From Octopus bimaculoides (lineage: Eukaryota), in assembly GCF_001194135.2 (NCBI RefSeq), contig NC_068991.1, positions 23,615,431-23,649,520 of the forward strand: a stretch of DNA of 34,090 nucleotides, given 5' to 3'. A program made the position numbers and the translations under genes. Below are positions 1 through 12,045 of this stretch, in pieces (position 1 is the first letter of the stretch; every line of letters starts with the position of its first letter). The notes under the pieces are model-generated. The model saw only the letters and a list, made by a program, of their open reading frames with translations. It had not been told where the DNA came from and made no database searches.

Positions 1-35
<35 letters not shown>

Positions 36-829
36 GTATATATATATATTTTTTTTCTCCTTGTTTTCTCCGTATTCTTTCTGTTGAAGAGCGTAGCTCG
101 AAATGTTAAAGACTTTCTGTATTCCCGAACGTTAAACTAATACATTCTTTTGTTGTTTACACCACCTGTCCTCGTCTGTTGTTGTTTTTTTCGTAAATTC
201 TCCCATATATATATATGTATGTATATACATATATACACACAATGTGTGTGTATGTGTATATACCTAACTAAATACTGTCTATATACCCATCTAGACCATA
301 TTTATATACCCTTCTAATCAATAAGTATATACCCATCTAAACCATGCCTGCTGTGGTGATGATGATGATGGTGGTGGTGGTGGTGGGGTGATTTTGATGA
401 TGGCAGTAGTGGTGGTGATAAAGACAATGATCGTGATGAAAATCATCTATATCATCATCAGTGGTTGCAGAGGCAGTAACAGCAACACACACACACACAG
501 ACACACACACACACACAAAAAATTTATTTGAATGATAATAATATAGTTCCCTCAAGGAATAAAACAGTGTTATTTAATTGATTATTTTATTTTATTTGTT
601 TTTCCGTTTACATTTCTAATAAGCCAGTACTTTAGACAATGGACACAAGCCTTGCTTAAACTTCATAATTTAGGTTAATCAATCGCTGTCATAGTGACAC
701 TTTGTAACAAAGTAGAACATCATGCTGTCATCAATTACAAACTCAAGAATCAGCAGACAAATTTGTAAAAATTAATGTCATTGTTACTGAATTTCTCTGC
801 TTATAAAATTACAGAAGAGTTGGGGTAGA

Positions 830-941
830 TTGAGGTGTTTGTTTATCTCTCCATCTGTATATCTGTTTGTCGGTCACTCTGTCTGCCTGTCAATTAGTCC
901 AATGGCTTGTAGCTCTCTCTCTCTCTCTTTCACTCTCCATG

Positions 942-981
<40 letters not shown>

Positions 982-1090
982 GATTTATCTGTCTGTCAAT
1001 CTATCTGTCTACCCTTCTATTCATCTATCTACATACTTCTTTCTCTATATATATATTATATATATATGTGTGTGTGTGTGTACATACTTA

Positions 1091-1130
<40 letters not shown>
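830..1130. repeat. compound microsatellite (CT)n (CTAT)n (TA)n (GT)n (CA)n
   Basis: Read directly. Similar tracts lie at 1-50, 3040-3089, 5623-5660, 6385-6530, 20152-20186, 28000-28072 and 34060-34090. Confidence 0.95.
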
Positions 1131-1131
<1 letters not shown>

Positions 1132-1398
1132 AAATTAATAAAAGTAGTTTCCCTTATTCTGGTGGTTAGAAAGTCTAGTATTAGAAGTAAAGTTTATGGG
1201 TGATTACAGAGGATTATGGAAGGTTTTTTTCAGGTACTGACAAAGGTTTATGCAAGATATTATCAGTTAATAACTTGTAATTGGTTCTGTTATTGGCTGC
1301 AGAAAGACACTTCAGAGCTCATACAAAGTAAATCAGTGAACTGTTAGTAGAAGCAGGCTATAAAAGTTATGGGATAGTATTAAAAGCTAGTGGATTAA

Positions 1399-2355
1399 CC
1401 CATTAATATTCAGATTGCTCTGTGAGATGTAGTACTTGTTCTGTTACATTGTTTTCAATTAAACATGCATTATCTTAGAGCTTCAAGATTTTGATGATTT
1501 GATTGTAGGAAGCTTGCTTCCCAACCACATGGTTCCAGGTTCACTCCCACTGCATGGCACCTTAGACAAGTGTCTTCTATTATAGCTTCAGGCCAACCAA
1601 AGCCTTGTGCGTGGATTTGGTAGCGGGAAACTGAAAAAAGCCCATCACATATGTGTGTGTGTCTTTGTATCTGTGTTTGTAACTCCCCATCACCACTTGA
1701 CAACTGGTGTTGGTGTGTTTACATCCCTGTAACTTAGCAGTTTGGCAAAAGCCACCTATAGAGTAAGTACTGGGCTTAAAACATAAGACTTGGGGTCGAT
1801 TTGTTTAACTACGTGGTGCTCCAGCATGACTGCAGTCAAATGACTGAAACCAGTTAAAAATTAAAGAATTTGAATGACATTGTAGGGTAAGTGTGAGAGG
1901 TTGGATCTGGTCATCATCATCATTTCCTGCTATCTCTGCCTGCAGCAGAATGCACACCAACATGAGATAGTTGCCGCTATGATATGAATCTATGTTGTTG
2001 AACATATCTCATATTAGTTTCATCAGCCTTACTCTTCCATGCTGCCTTATGGCATGTTGGATGTGGGTAATAATTTTGGAGTTCTTCATCTTCTAGATTG
2101 ATTGCTTTTGCTGCATCTAAGGAGCACAATCTATCCTTACAAAAATTCATTTAACCCATAGATTGGACCCTTACATATACTACCATTCCAGGTCAGAATG
2201 GACCTAGGAGTAATAGTAATTAAGGAGTGACTCTACACTCTCCACAACTCCACAACTCCTGAACTGGAGCCCCACCACCAGATTAATGTTTAATGTCATA
2301 CCCAAAATCAGATAGAATATTAGGGGTAGATATGGCTGCTTTAAATGCTAAAGGC
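1399..2355. mobile_element. piggyBac-like non-autonomous MITE, split by later insertions
   Basis: TTAA at 1395-1398 and 2356-2359. The ends CCCATTAATATTCAG and AAATGCTAAAGGC are imperfect inverted repeats. Segments 1399-1500, about 1870-1910 and about 2315-2355 align by eye to the reverse complement of the intact copy at 23367-23577. Confidence 0.7.
1508..1850 (+). mobile_element. tRNA-derived SINE family 1 copy (5'-clipped)
   Basis: Shares the body ...CCAACCACATGGTTCCAGGTTCACTCCCACTG...CAAGTGTCTTCTA...TGCTCCAGCATG...CAAATGACTGAAAC with about ten other copies in the window. Contains a B-box-like GGTTCA.TCCC. Confidence 0.85.
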
Positions 2356-3057
2356 TTAAAATCAGCCAGTGGGGAGCCCTTAGCCTGTAATTTCAGAATG
2401 ACAGCTCAGTTTTCTTGTTGAGAAATATATCTGATTGTTGCAGCATGTACAATTTCTCACTGAGACAAAAGCAGCATGAAAATGTTGTCAGTTCAATTCT
2501 AGAATGGGTTAGCATGTTGGGCCCTTGAGCAAGTCTTTTCATTTAATGTTACTCCAATCCATTCAGCTGAAATGATTACCATCCAAGTGCTAATGCAGTC
2601 CTTCCCCTCCTCTCTCTCTCCTTCTCTCTCCATCCACATCTTGTATGTCCCACTGGGTCAATAGTAAGAGAGTTGAAAGGGTGCCTTGTGACACATAGAC
2701 ACTTAAAACAATTAGTAAAAGCATGGTATATGTTATCAAGTCATACTTGTTTGTAAGTAGCAGCAATGATTTTTTTATATACATACATGTATACATGTAT
2801 GTATTTGTTTGTGATAATGCATGTGTATATATATGCATGTTTGACCAAATGGATATATGTGTACATATGTTTGTATACATACACATATGTATATTTATGC
2901 ATATATGTTTAACACAGCTATATTGTTTGAATACCACAAGCGATATCACAACTTTCTCCTTCTCATCCTCTTCTTTTTCATCTTCCACCTTTTCTTTACC
3001 CTCCTCCTCCCCTTCTCTTCCTATTTTTGTTCTTGCTTTCTCTCTCTCTCTCTCTCT

Positions 3058-3089
<32 letters not shown>

Positions 3090-3104
3090 NNNNNNNNNNA
3101 AGGA

Positions 3105-3410
3105 AAAAATACTGTCTCAAACTTCATGTGCAATAAAATTCTTAAATAATACAGTTCTCCTGCCTTTGGACTAATTTTGTTATCATTGTTTATTTGAACA
3201 GCAGCTTGTTCATTTCCTTTCAGCGTGTACTTGATGACATACTTAATTGACCTCACTGAGGCAATGATTTCAACATTGCAGTGGCATTTGAATGTTCTTA
3301 AAAGAGTTTCATTATAAGGTACAACCCATTTGTTGTTGATTGTTTTTCCATTCTTAGAGATTCAACTCCTTCCATTGCAACTGATTTTTGTCTATAAAGA
3401 GATAGTTTCT
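3105..3410 (-). mobile_element. Helitron Rep/helicase gene fragment (degenerate)
   Basis: The minus strand reads INNKWVVPYNETLLRTFKCHCNVEIIASVRSIKYVIKYTLKG...ISPKAGELYYLRILLH. This matches the Helitron motifs DNRWVVPYN / HINVE / SIKYLYKY.KG and GERYYLRLLL. There is a stop/frameshift near 3362. Confidence 0.85.
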
Positions 3411-3544
3411 CTGTCTGTTTTTCTGCCTTTTGATTAAGAGGATAGAGATTAGTATTTTATTTTAGATAAAATAGTAATTTTCCCCTTTAAGATAAAAAAA
3501 AATCAAGTACTCATGATTCAAAAATATCTCATAAAAATATTGGG

Positions 3545-5365
3545 AGAATTTCTGTCTTTCTCAGGGCGCTTACGGTCTCTTGTGTATGCACACTGACATT
3601 ACACATCCAGTGGAGCATAGTGGCTTCATTCCTTGCAAGCTTACACATGTCCTCAGCAGTCACGGCCCATGCTTCACTGCCATGTAGCATGGCTGTTCGC
3701 ACACATGCGTCATACAGTCTACCTTTTACTCTGAGCGAGAGGCCCTTTGTCCCCAGCAGAGGTAAGAGCTCTGTGAACCTTGCCCAGGCTATTCTTATTC
3801 TAGCAGCTACACTTTCAGAGCATCCTGCCCCGCTACTGTCTTGGTCACCTAGGTAATGGAAGCTATCAACAACTTGTAGTTTTTCTCCCTGGAATGTGAC
3901 GGAAGCTGTTTTCTGCACATTTTCAGTGTTTATTACTCCTCAGCATTTGCCACACAAAAACTGTCTTCCCAATTAGCTTCCCTTTGATATTGCTGCACCT
4001 CTTATGTGTCCATAACTTACACCAGGTACAGCTTATGGAGTTTCTACCTACACTTTTTCTACAGATCAAGCAGGGCCATCTACCTGAAGGGATTTGTCGT
4101 TTGTCTGCCTTCCTACTAATTAAGACTTTGGTTTTTGCTAGATTGACTCTAAGGCCCTTCGATGCTAGACCTTGCTTCCACACCTGAAACTTCTCCTCTA
4201 GTTCTGATAGTGATTCAGCTATTAGAGCAAGGTGATCAGCATAGAGAAACTCCCAGGGACAGCCTGTCTTGAATTCTTCTGTTATTGCCTGGAGGACTAT
4301 GATGAATAAGTGAAGGCTGAGGACTGATCCATGATGGATCCCTACTACTACCCGGAATTCTTCACTATACTTGTTGCCAACCCCCACCTTACTGACAGCA
4401 TCCCTGTATATAGCTTGTACAGCTCTCACTAACCATTCATCTATCCCTAGTTTCCTCATTGACCACCAGATAAGGGATCGGGGGATTTGTCAAAGGCTTT
4501 CTCCATGTCAATGAAAGCTAAGTACAGAGGTTTGTCTTTGGCTAGGTATTTCTCCTGCAACTGTCTTATCAGAAACATAGCACCAGTGGTGCTTTTCCCT
4601 GGCACAAACCCAAACTACATCTCGTCTAGACTGACTCTCTCCCTAATTAGTTGGGCTATGACCCTCTCCATGACTTTCATCACCTGGTCCAACAATTTGA
4701 CACCTCTGTAATTATTCCTATCTGATGCGTCAACTTTACCTTTCTAACAGTTGACTATGGTGCTGCTACACCAGCCATTGGGTATGACTCCGTCATGTAT
4801 CACCTGATTGACTATACGGGTGACTAGACTATAGCTGACACCACCAGATATGTTAAGCATCTCTGCGGTGATTCCTGATGGGCTGGGGACTTTCCCTGTC
4901 TTCATATCCTTAATTGCTTTATCTACCAAGGTACTGTCAATTTGGATAGCTGGTCCCTTTGTTGGGTTAACATTCAGCAGACTCTCTTTCTCCCATTCAT
5001 TCTCTTTATTGAGCAACCTTTCATAGTGGTGTCTCCAAGTCTCTCTCCTTGCAGCCTCATTAAATGCAAATGAGCCGTCATCCATGCGGACACATTTCTC
5101 TCCTATGACATCATGATTATCTCTCCCACACTGCTTTGCAACATGAAACACCTCAAGTCTTTGGTCCTTACGATGCAGAACATTGGCAAATTTTTTCTTA
5201 TCTGCTTCCCCTCTGGCTAAATAAACCTGTCTCCTAGCTTCCTTTCTGGCAGTCTGATACAATTCCCTGCTACCACCATTCTCCCAGTCCTTCCATGCCT
5301 GTTTCTTTTCCCTAATGGCCCTGTCAACTACATTGCTCCACCACCACATTACCTTCAGTCGAGAG
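3545..5365 (-). mobile_element. RTE-clade LINE, reverse transcriptase region, frameshifted and truncated at both ends
   Basis: ORF-track pieces 4744-5592, 3923-4459 and 3529-3918 give KVPSPSGITAEML, GIHHGSVLSLHLF, FLYADHLAL (degenerate YADD), FHYLG, RIRIAWARF and AMLHGSEAW. The 4487-4740 segment on the minus strand gives FGFVPGKST...LAFIDMEKAFD. Confidence 0.92.
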
Positions 5366-5621
5366 GGGACATACTTATAAATCAACTTAAATACCATTCT
5401 TGAAAAAGCATTCTTAAATAAGAAAAAAAGACATTCCATAGTGTGTACGTATGTGTGTATGTGTACATATATGTGTAGATATGAGAGAATCATACTTGCA
5501 AAATTCACATTATGTGCATAGTCCTTTGAGAATTTAGCAATAAGGAATATCACATCAGAGAATACTGCCAACACAGTAAGACTGAGTGACATTTAAGAGA
5601 ATGTGTATGTGCAGCTTTGGG

Positions 5622-5662
<41 letters not shown>

Positions 5663-5864
5663 GGAACACACACAACATGTATACACACACACATACATAT
5701 ATAAACAATATAAACATTTACATATATACACGTCCATAGAGACACAAGCACACACAAACATATTCATATGACTGTATGTATAATCACCATCATCATCATC
5801 ATCATTTTAATGACTACTTTCCAAACTAGCACGGGTTAGACAGAATTCAGTGAGACAACCAGAT

Positions 5865-6280
5865 GTCATCATCATCATCATCGTCGTTTAACGTCAGCTT
5901 TCCATGCTAGCATGGGTTGGACGATTTGACTGAGGACTGGTGAACCAGGAGGCGACACCAGGCTCCAATCTGATTTGGCAGAGTTTCTACAGCTGGATGC
6001 CCTTCCTAACGCCAACCACTCTGAGAGTGTAGTGGGTGCTTTTATGTGCCACCGGCACGAAGGCCAGTCAGGCGGTACTGGCAATGGCCACGTTTGAAAT
6101 GGTGTGTTTTACGTGCCACCTGCACAGGAGCCAGTCCATCGGCACTGGCAACGATCTCGCTTGAATATCTTTTCACATGCCACTGGCACAAGTGCCAGGA
6201 AGGCGACGTTGGTAACGATCACGCTCAAATGGTGCTATTTACGTGCCACCGGCACGGAAGCCAGACGGCTGCTTTCTTCT
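5865..6280 (-). mobile_element. RTE 3' UTR remnant with (CAT)n tail and internal minisatellite
   Basis: Reverse complement of the 3' UTR seen after RTE coding ends at 11850-12045 and 21690-21910 (AAGCACCC...GTTGGCGTTAGGAAGGGCATCCAGC...CATGCTAGCATGGAAA). Confidence 0.8.
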
Positions 6281-6540
6281 TTTACAATCGGATGTCTTTC
6301 TTGCCATCAACCCTCATCCATTTCCATTCAAATGGTTGAAATCAGTAAAAGAATAAAGGAAATCCATAAACATATGTGAACATGTATGCATGCGTGTGTG
6401 TGTGTGTGTGTGTGAGCACGCTCGTGTGTGTGAGCACGCTTGTGTGTGTGAGCACGCTCATGTGTGTGTTTCTGTGTGTGTATGTATATATGTTTGTGTG
6501 TATGTATATTTGTATGTGCGTGTGTATGTATGTGTATATA

Positions 6541-6881
6541 CTCTTTACTCTTTACTCTTTTACTTGTTTCAGTCATTTAACTGCAGCCATGCTGGAACAC
6601 CACTTTTAGTCAAGCAAATTGACCCCAGCACTTATTCTTTGTAAGCCTAGTACTTATTCTATCGGTTTCTTTTGCTGAACCACTAAGTTACGGGGGGGAC
6701 ATAAACACACCAGCATTGGTTGTCAAGCGATGTTGACACACAAACATATACACATACACATACATACACATACACATACATATATATATATACATATATA
6801 CGACAGGCTTCTTTCAGTTTCCATCTACCAAATCCACTCACAAGGCTTTTGTCGGCCTGAGGCTATAGTAGAAGACACTTG
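6541..6881 (-). mobile_element. SINE family 1 copy running into a gap
   Basis: Reverse complement of the SINE1 body with a (TACTCTT)n tail. Confidence 0.85.
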
Positions 6882-7393
6882 NNNNNNNNNNNNNNNNNNN
6901 NNNNNNNNNNNNNNNNNNNNNNNNNNNNNNNNNNNNNNNNNNNNNNNNNNNNNNNNNNNNNNNNNNNNNNNNNNNNNNNNNNNNNNNNNNNNNNNNNNNN
7001 NNNNNNNNNNNNNNNNNNNNNNNNNNNNNNNNNNNNNNNNNNNNNNNNNNNNNNNNNNNNNNNNNNNNNNNNNNNNNNNNNNNNNNNNNNNNNNNNNNNN
7101 NNNNNNNNNNNNNNNNNNNNNNNNNNNNNNNNNNNNNNNNNNNNNNNNNNNNNNNNNNNNNNNNNNNNNNNNNNNNNNNNNNNNNNNNNNNNNNNNNNNN
7201 NNNNNNNNNNNNNNNNNNNNNNNNNNNNNNNNNNNNNNNNNNNNNNNNNNNNNNNNNNNNNNNNNNNNNNNNNNNNNNNNNNNNNNNNNNNNNNNNNNNN
7301 NNNNNNNNNNNNNNNNNNNNNNNNNNNNNNNNNNNNNNNNNNNNNNNNNNNNNNNNNNNNNNNNNNNNNNNNNNNNNNNNNNNNNNNNNNNNN
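6882..7393. other. assembly gap (N run)
   Basis: Run of N. Other gaps lie at 3090-3099, 13684-13693, 16437-16730 and 27305-27746. Confidence 1.
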
Positions 7394-8057
7394 ATATATA
7401 CACACACACACAACACACACACAGAGGCACACAGGCACTAATTAATTAATTTGCCAAGAAGTCAGATTTGAATGATTAATGGAAGAATTAAAATAGTCAT
7501 TTAGGTTTAAAGAGATTAACTTATTGGGATCAACACTTGTTTACACATTATGATTAAAAACAACATAACACTGTATTTGTGCGTATCAATAAACCAGGAG
7601 ATAGCTAACATGACTTTCAAGGAACAACAAAAGGCTGCAGCAACAGATGTAACAACAACAATAACGAAAGCAGTGCCAATGGAAATGAAAAATTAATGTT
7701 TTGATGAAGTAAAAATATTTTAAAACTCATCAAAATTGCAATAACACTATTTTTTTGCCATTTGTATATTTGCAGCACCAACCAAAACATATGGTTGGGA
7801 AGTTAATGGACTAGGGAGGGGGGTGTAACACAACTTAATTCCTGTGAATTTTATTATGAGAAATGTACTAAAATGACTCCACATACTATAAGTCTGACAC
7901 CCAACAGCAGTTATCCCTTAAAGAAAAAGCGGAAAGGGATTTAGTTAGTGTCAGGGAACAACATAAGAAGATTGCTATTAATGTTTGCTTCCTTCTTTTC
8001 TTACTTAAAACTGATTTTATCCACAGTAGTAAATTATTCACAAGACATAGTTGTATA

Positions 8058-8200
8058 GTTAAGAAGTTTGCTTCCCAACCACATGGTTTTGTGTTCAATC
8101 CCATGATGTGGTACTTTGGGCAAGTTCTTCTACTATTGTCCTGGACCAAACAAAGCCTTGTAAGTGGATTTGGTAGACAGAAACTGTATGGAAAGTTTCG
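8058..8200 (+). mobile_element. SINE family 1, 5' half
   Basis: AAGAAGTTTGCTTCCCAACCACATGG...CAAAGCCTTGTAAGTGGATTTGGTAGACAGAAACTG. Confidence 0.75.
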
Positions 8201-8365
8201 TATATCTATATATCTATATATATACATATATATATGGACAGAAACTGTATGGAAAGTATCATGTATCTATATGTTTATATATATACATATATGTATGTGT
8301 AAAAATATATCATCATCATCATCATTTACTGTTCAATGATGATGATGATGATAAACATCTTGAGA

Positions 8366-8875
8366 GAAAAGTTAGGCATAAGGGGCATCAAATGTGGTGT
8401 GCAAGAGAGACGACTGCACTGTATGGTCATGTGATGCAGATGGATGAGGACAGCTGTGTAAAGAAGTGCCGATCTCTAACTGTGGAGGGAACCTGTGGTA
8501 GAGGAAGACCCAGGAAGACATGGAATGAGATGGTGAAGCATGATCTTCGAACTTTGAGCTTCACAAGGGCAATGACTAGTAACCAAGACCTTTGGCAATG
8601 TGCTATGCCTGAGAAGACCCATCAAGTCAAGTGCACCCATGCTGGTTGGGCCTCACAGAGGCAAAGTGGCTGAGTTCCTTACAAGTATTGGGCCTCATGG
8701 AGACAAAGCAACTGAATTCCTTTCGAGTGTGGGGTCTCACAGAGGCAATGGCCAAGGGCCTTTGCATTGTGTTGTGCTTGAGAAGAAGACCCTTTAAGCA
8801 GAGCAAAATCACAGTTGTGGCAGATATTGGTGTCATGCAAATTGGCATCCGTGCTGGTGGCACGTAAAAGCACCC
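8366..8875 (+). mobile_element. RTE LINE 3' end fragment
   Basis: Encodes LYGHVMQMDEDSCVKKCRSLTVEGTCGRGRPRKTWNEMVKHDL, the typical RTE C-terminal GRPRKTW motif, followed by 3' UTR. Confidence 0.85.
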
Positions 8876-8882
8876 ATTACAT

Positions 8883-11220
8883 CATAGATTCCTAAGTGAG
8901 CGATATCACACACCAGTGAGCGATTTCAACTTACTGATGGGCGATGGGCAAATTTGTAGAAAATGTTGGGCGATATGAACATTTTGTGGGTGACAATGAA
9001 TTTTTAGAAAGTAAGTCTGCATTTACTGATATCTAGGCATGCAGTGGACTTGCTAATCGATCGAATATTTTTGTCGCAGTCATTGAGATGGTTGTCATGT
9101 GTGTTAAAAATAGCAGCCAAATAAGCCTAAGCCTTAAATCACACTCCATCACAATTTTAAAAAAATTTTTGGCATAATCATATGAATTCACGCATATAGA
9201 ATTCAAATTTGCAAAAATTTTCTGTAAACTTCAGAAAATAGAAAGTTATGAGTGGTTATATGTTGTGCATAAATCTGTGTTTCATATCAAAACACAAGTG
9301 CTATTTTCAGGATGTTGACAAAATGTGCAGCCACACACAAAATGACAGCTTTGAAATCATGTTTTTTGACTGGATGAAAATGATCAAACTTTAAACCTCC
9401 TATAACTTTTTAAAAACATTTTTCTGGAAAAAGTTGAATAACTCCAGCAATTTAGCTTTGAAAGCTACATTAATGTACCAAATTTTAAAATTTTCGATAG
9501 ACTTTAATTTTTGAAATGCTGGCAACCAAACAAACTAGATCTGTATTTGCTCCAGTAAAGACATGTCATCTGACTCTGCTCTGCTGACTTCTTCTCTTTG
9601 GGAATACCATTCTGAAATTCATTTTCACATTTTCACTTTACTGATGCCTCCAGTCAAGAAAATTTGTCAACAGTACCGTAGTGATTATTTATCGTTTGGA
9701 ATATATTTCCTCTCCTCAGAACTGTCAATTACCAATGTGCCTTCTTTGCCATCAAACATTGATCAATAAAGCAATGAAACCTTCATGCTTGAAGTATCAC
9801 TTTGATGCAAAGCATTCTGACAAGAAGGACTAGCCGTTATCATACTTTTTGCAATGAAGCTCCTCTTTCAAAAAGTAAATACAAACATTCAACAGGCTGC
9901 TCCAGGAAAATAGTAAACAGGAGAATGGCGAGTTAATTGCATTGCTTGTTGCTAAGTCTGGGAAGTCTCATACAATTGGACAAGCATTACTTTGCCCAAT
10001 TATCAAAGAAGTTTTGTCAACCATTATGCACGAAAAATCCAATAACATTATGAAGAAGATCCCACTTAGTAACAACACAATTTCTCGACGCATCAGTGAA
10101 ATGGCCAATGATGTCAAACATCAACTCATTAATATTCGCCAGCATTCTGAATTTTCTATACAAGTGGATGAGTCAACTGTTGTGGACAATCAATGTTTGA
10201 TGGTGGTATATGTTCGGTATTTCAGTGAAGACCTTCAACCTTGTGAGGAAATGCTGTTCACAGAGAAATTTCCACTTGATTCAAAAGGTGCGACTATTTT
10301 TCTCACTCTCAAGTCTTTCCTTTTTGAACATAACATCCCACTCAGTAATATTCTTGCCTGTGTGTCTGATGGGGCCCCTTCGATGATAGAAAGATACAGA
10401 AGTTTATCATCTCTCCTAAAGCATGAAATTTCCCACCAGATACTAACTGTTCATTGCTTGGCACACTGGCAGCATTTAGTGGCAAAAAATATGAACAGTA
10501 GATTGAATGATGTGCTGCAGTTAGTTATCAAGACTATGAACAAATTGAAGTCCAGTTTCTTTTCTGATTGAATTTTCCGTCAATTCTTTCTGAGAAATGA
10601 TGAGGACCATACTAAACTCTTATACCATACTAAAGTGTGGTGGCTGTCAAAAGGAAACTGTGTTTTATGCTTTGTTGAACTGTTTCATATAATCATATCT
10701 TTCTTTGAAGATACCCCACTATCCACTTCATTGATGGCTGCTATGTCTTTTTTCTTTGTGATATATTCACGAAATTGGATTATTTGAATAAGTTATTGCA
10801 AGGAAATAGAAAAACTTTCGTTGATTGTAAATCATTTATCACTACCTTCATTTTGAAATTGGTGTTGTATAAAACTAACATTTCGAAATGTTAACTCCAT
10901 CAATTTCCACAACTTGATTCTTTGAAAGATGAATTGGTTGATGTGGATTTAACTACATATTGCAACTATTTACAATCATTGCACGATAACATGGTAGAGT
11001 AATTTCAAGATGTTATTGAGCTGAATATTCCAAATTGGTATAGCAATCCGTTTGAAGTCGATGCAGTCGATTGTGAGAATGATGTTCAGGAGGAATTACA
11101 AAATGACAATGACACCACAATGTGATATATCCCTAATGGCAAAGAAGGTTTGTGGTACCATCAGAGTACATTGAATTCCTACCCCAATCTGTAGAAACAT
11201 CTGATATTACTTTTGCTTAG
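8883..11220 (+). mobile_element. Buster-type hAT DNA transposon (ZBED5/SCAND3-like transposase pseudogene), 3'-truncated
   Basis: Coding starts near ATG 9644 (MPPVKKICQQYRSDYLSFG), then a BED-like finger PMCLLCHQTL...MKPSCLKYHFDAKH, followed by QVDEST, VYVRY, SDGAPSM, HCLAH and V.WLSKGNC. Multiple stops and frameshifts. Putative left terminus CATAGATTCCTAAGTGAGCGATATC at 8883. Confidence 0.88.
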
Positions 11221-11224
11221 TATG

Positions 11225-12045
11225 TTGTGCAGGAGAGAAGACTGCATTAGTATGGTCATGCGATGCGTATGGATGAGGACAGTTGCATAAAGAGGTGCTG
11301 ATCTCTAAGTATTGAAGGAACCTGTGGGACAAGGTGGTGAAATGTGATCTTTAGATGATGAGTCACACAGAAGTGACGACAAGTGACTGGGACTGCTGAG
11401 CTTAACAAGACACATCAAGCTAAGTGAAGTCATGGTTGTGGCCAGTGTCAGTGACACGTGAATGACACCTGTGCCACTGATACATAAAAAGCACCCAGTA
11501 TACTCCATGGAGTAGTTGGCAATAGGAATGTGCAATGTCAGTGTACATATACAACAGTGTCTTAAAAGAAAAATTGAGTATAAGAAGCATCAGATGTAGT
11601 AAGCAGGAGAGAAGACTGCACTGGTATTATCATGTGATGTGTAAGGAAGAGGATAGTTGCATAAAGTGCCGATCTCTAATTGTGAAGGGAATTTGTGGAA
11701 AAAGTAGACCCAGGAAGACATGGGATGAGGTGGTGAAATATGATCTTTGACTGTTGAGTCTCACAGAGACAATGACAAGCAATCAGGACTTCTGGTAAAT
11801 TGCAGTGCTTGAGAAGACATGTCAAGCTTAATGATATCATAGTTGTGGCCAGTGTTGGTGACATGTAAAAGGCACCCAGTACACTCTGTGGAATGGTTGG
11901 TATTAGTAAGGGCATCCAGCCATAGAAACCAAGCCAAAACAGACCAGAGCCTGGTACGGCTTTCTGGCTTACCGTCTACTGTCAAACCATTTAACCCATG
12001 CCAGCATGGAAAATGAACATTAAATGATGATAATGATGATGACAA
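11225..12045 (+). mobile_element. two tandem RTE 3'-end fragments
   Basis: Two copies of GGAGAGAAGACTGCA.T.GTAT..TCATG...(GRPRKTW region)...3' UTR. The second copy ends in a GAT/AAT-rich tail at about 12025-12042. Confidence 0.8.

Noticed and set aside
84-104. TTGAAGAGCGTAGCTCGAAA, and CTGATGAACAGTCTCATGAAAC near 20167, resemble hammerhead ribozyme cores of Penelope-like elements
   Set aside because: Helix II does not pair properly after the core, and I could not find helix III/NUH and helix I partners. At most these are degenerate remnants; an Infernal search with hammerhead models would settle it.
337-1169. ORF-track ORFs rich in YLSI, HT, CV and poly-H/T (also 2590-3174, 5555-5771, 6328-6644 and 32083-32280)
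   Set aside because: These are translations of microsatellites with no domain content.
6046-6280. Regularly spaced GC-rich repeats as a CRISPR-like array (also 8640-8760)
   Set aside because: The units are degenerate along their whole length with no unique spacers, they lie inside LINE 3' ends, and the context is eukaryotic.
6730-7449. Long ORFs spanning N runs (also 16098-16793 and 26999-27887)
   Set aside because: They are open only because N codons contain no stops. The only real coding part is the NOP53 exon at 27747-27855.
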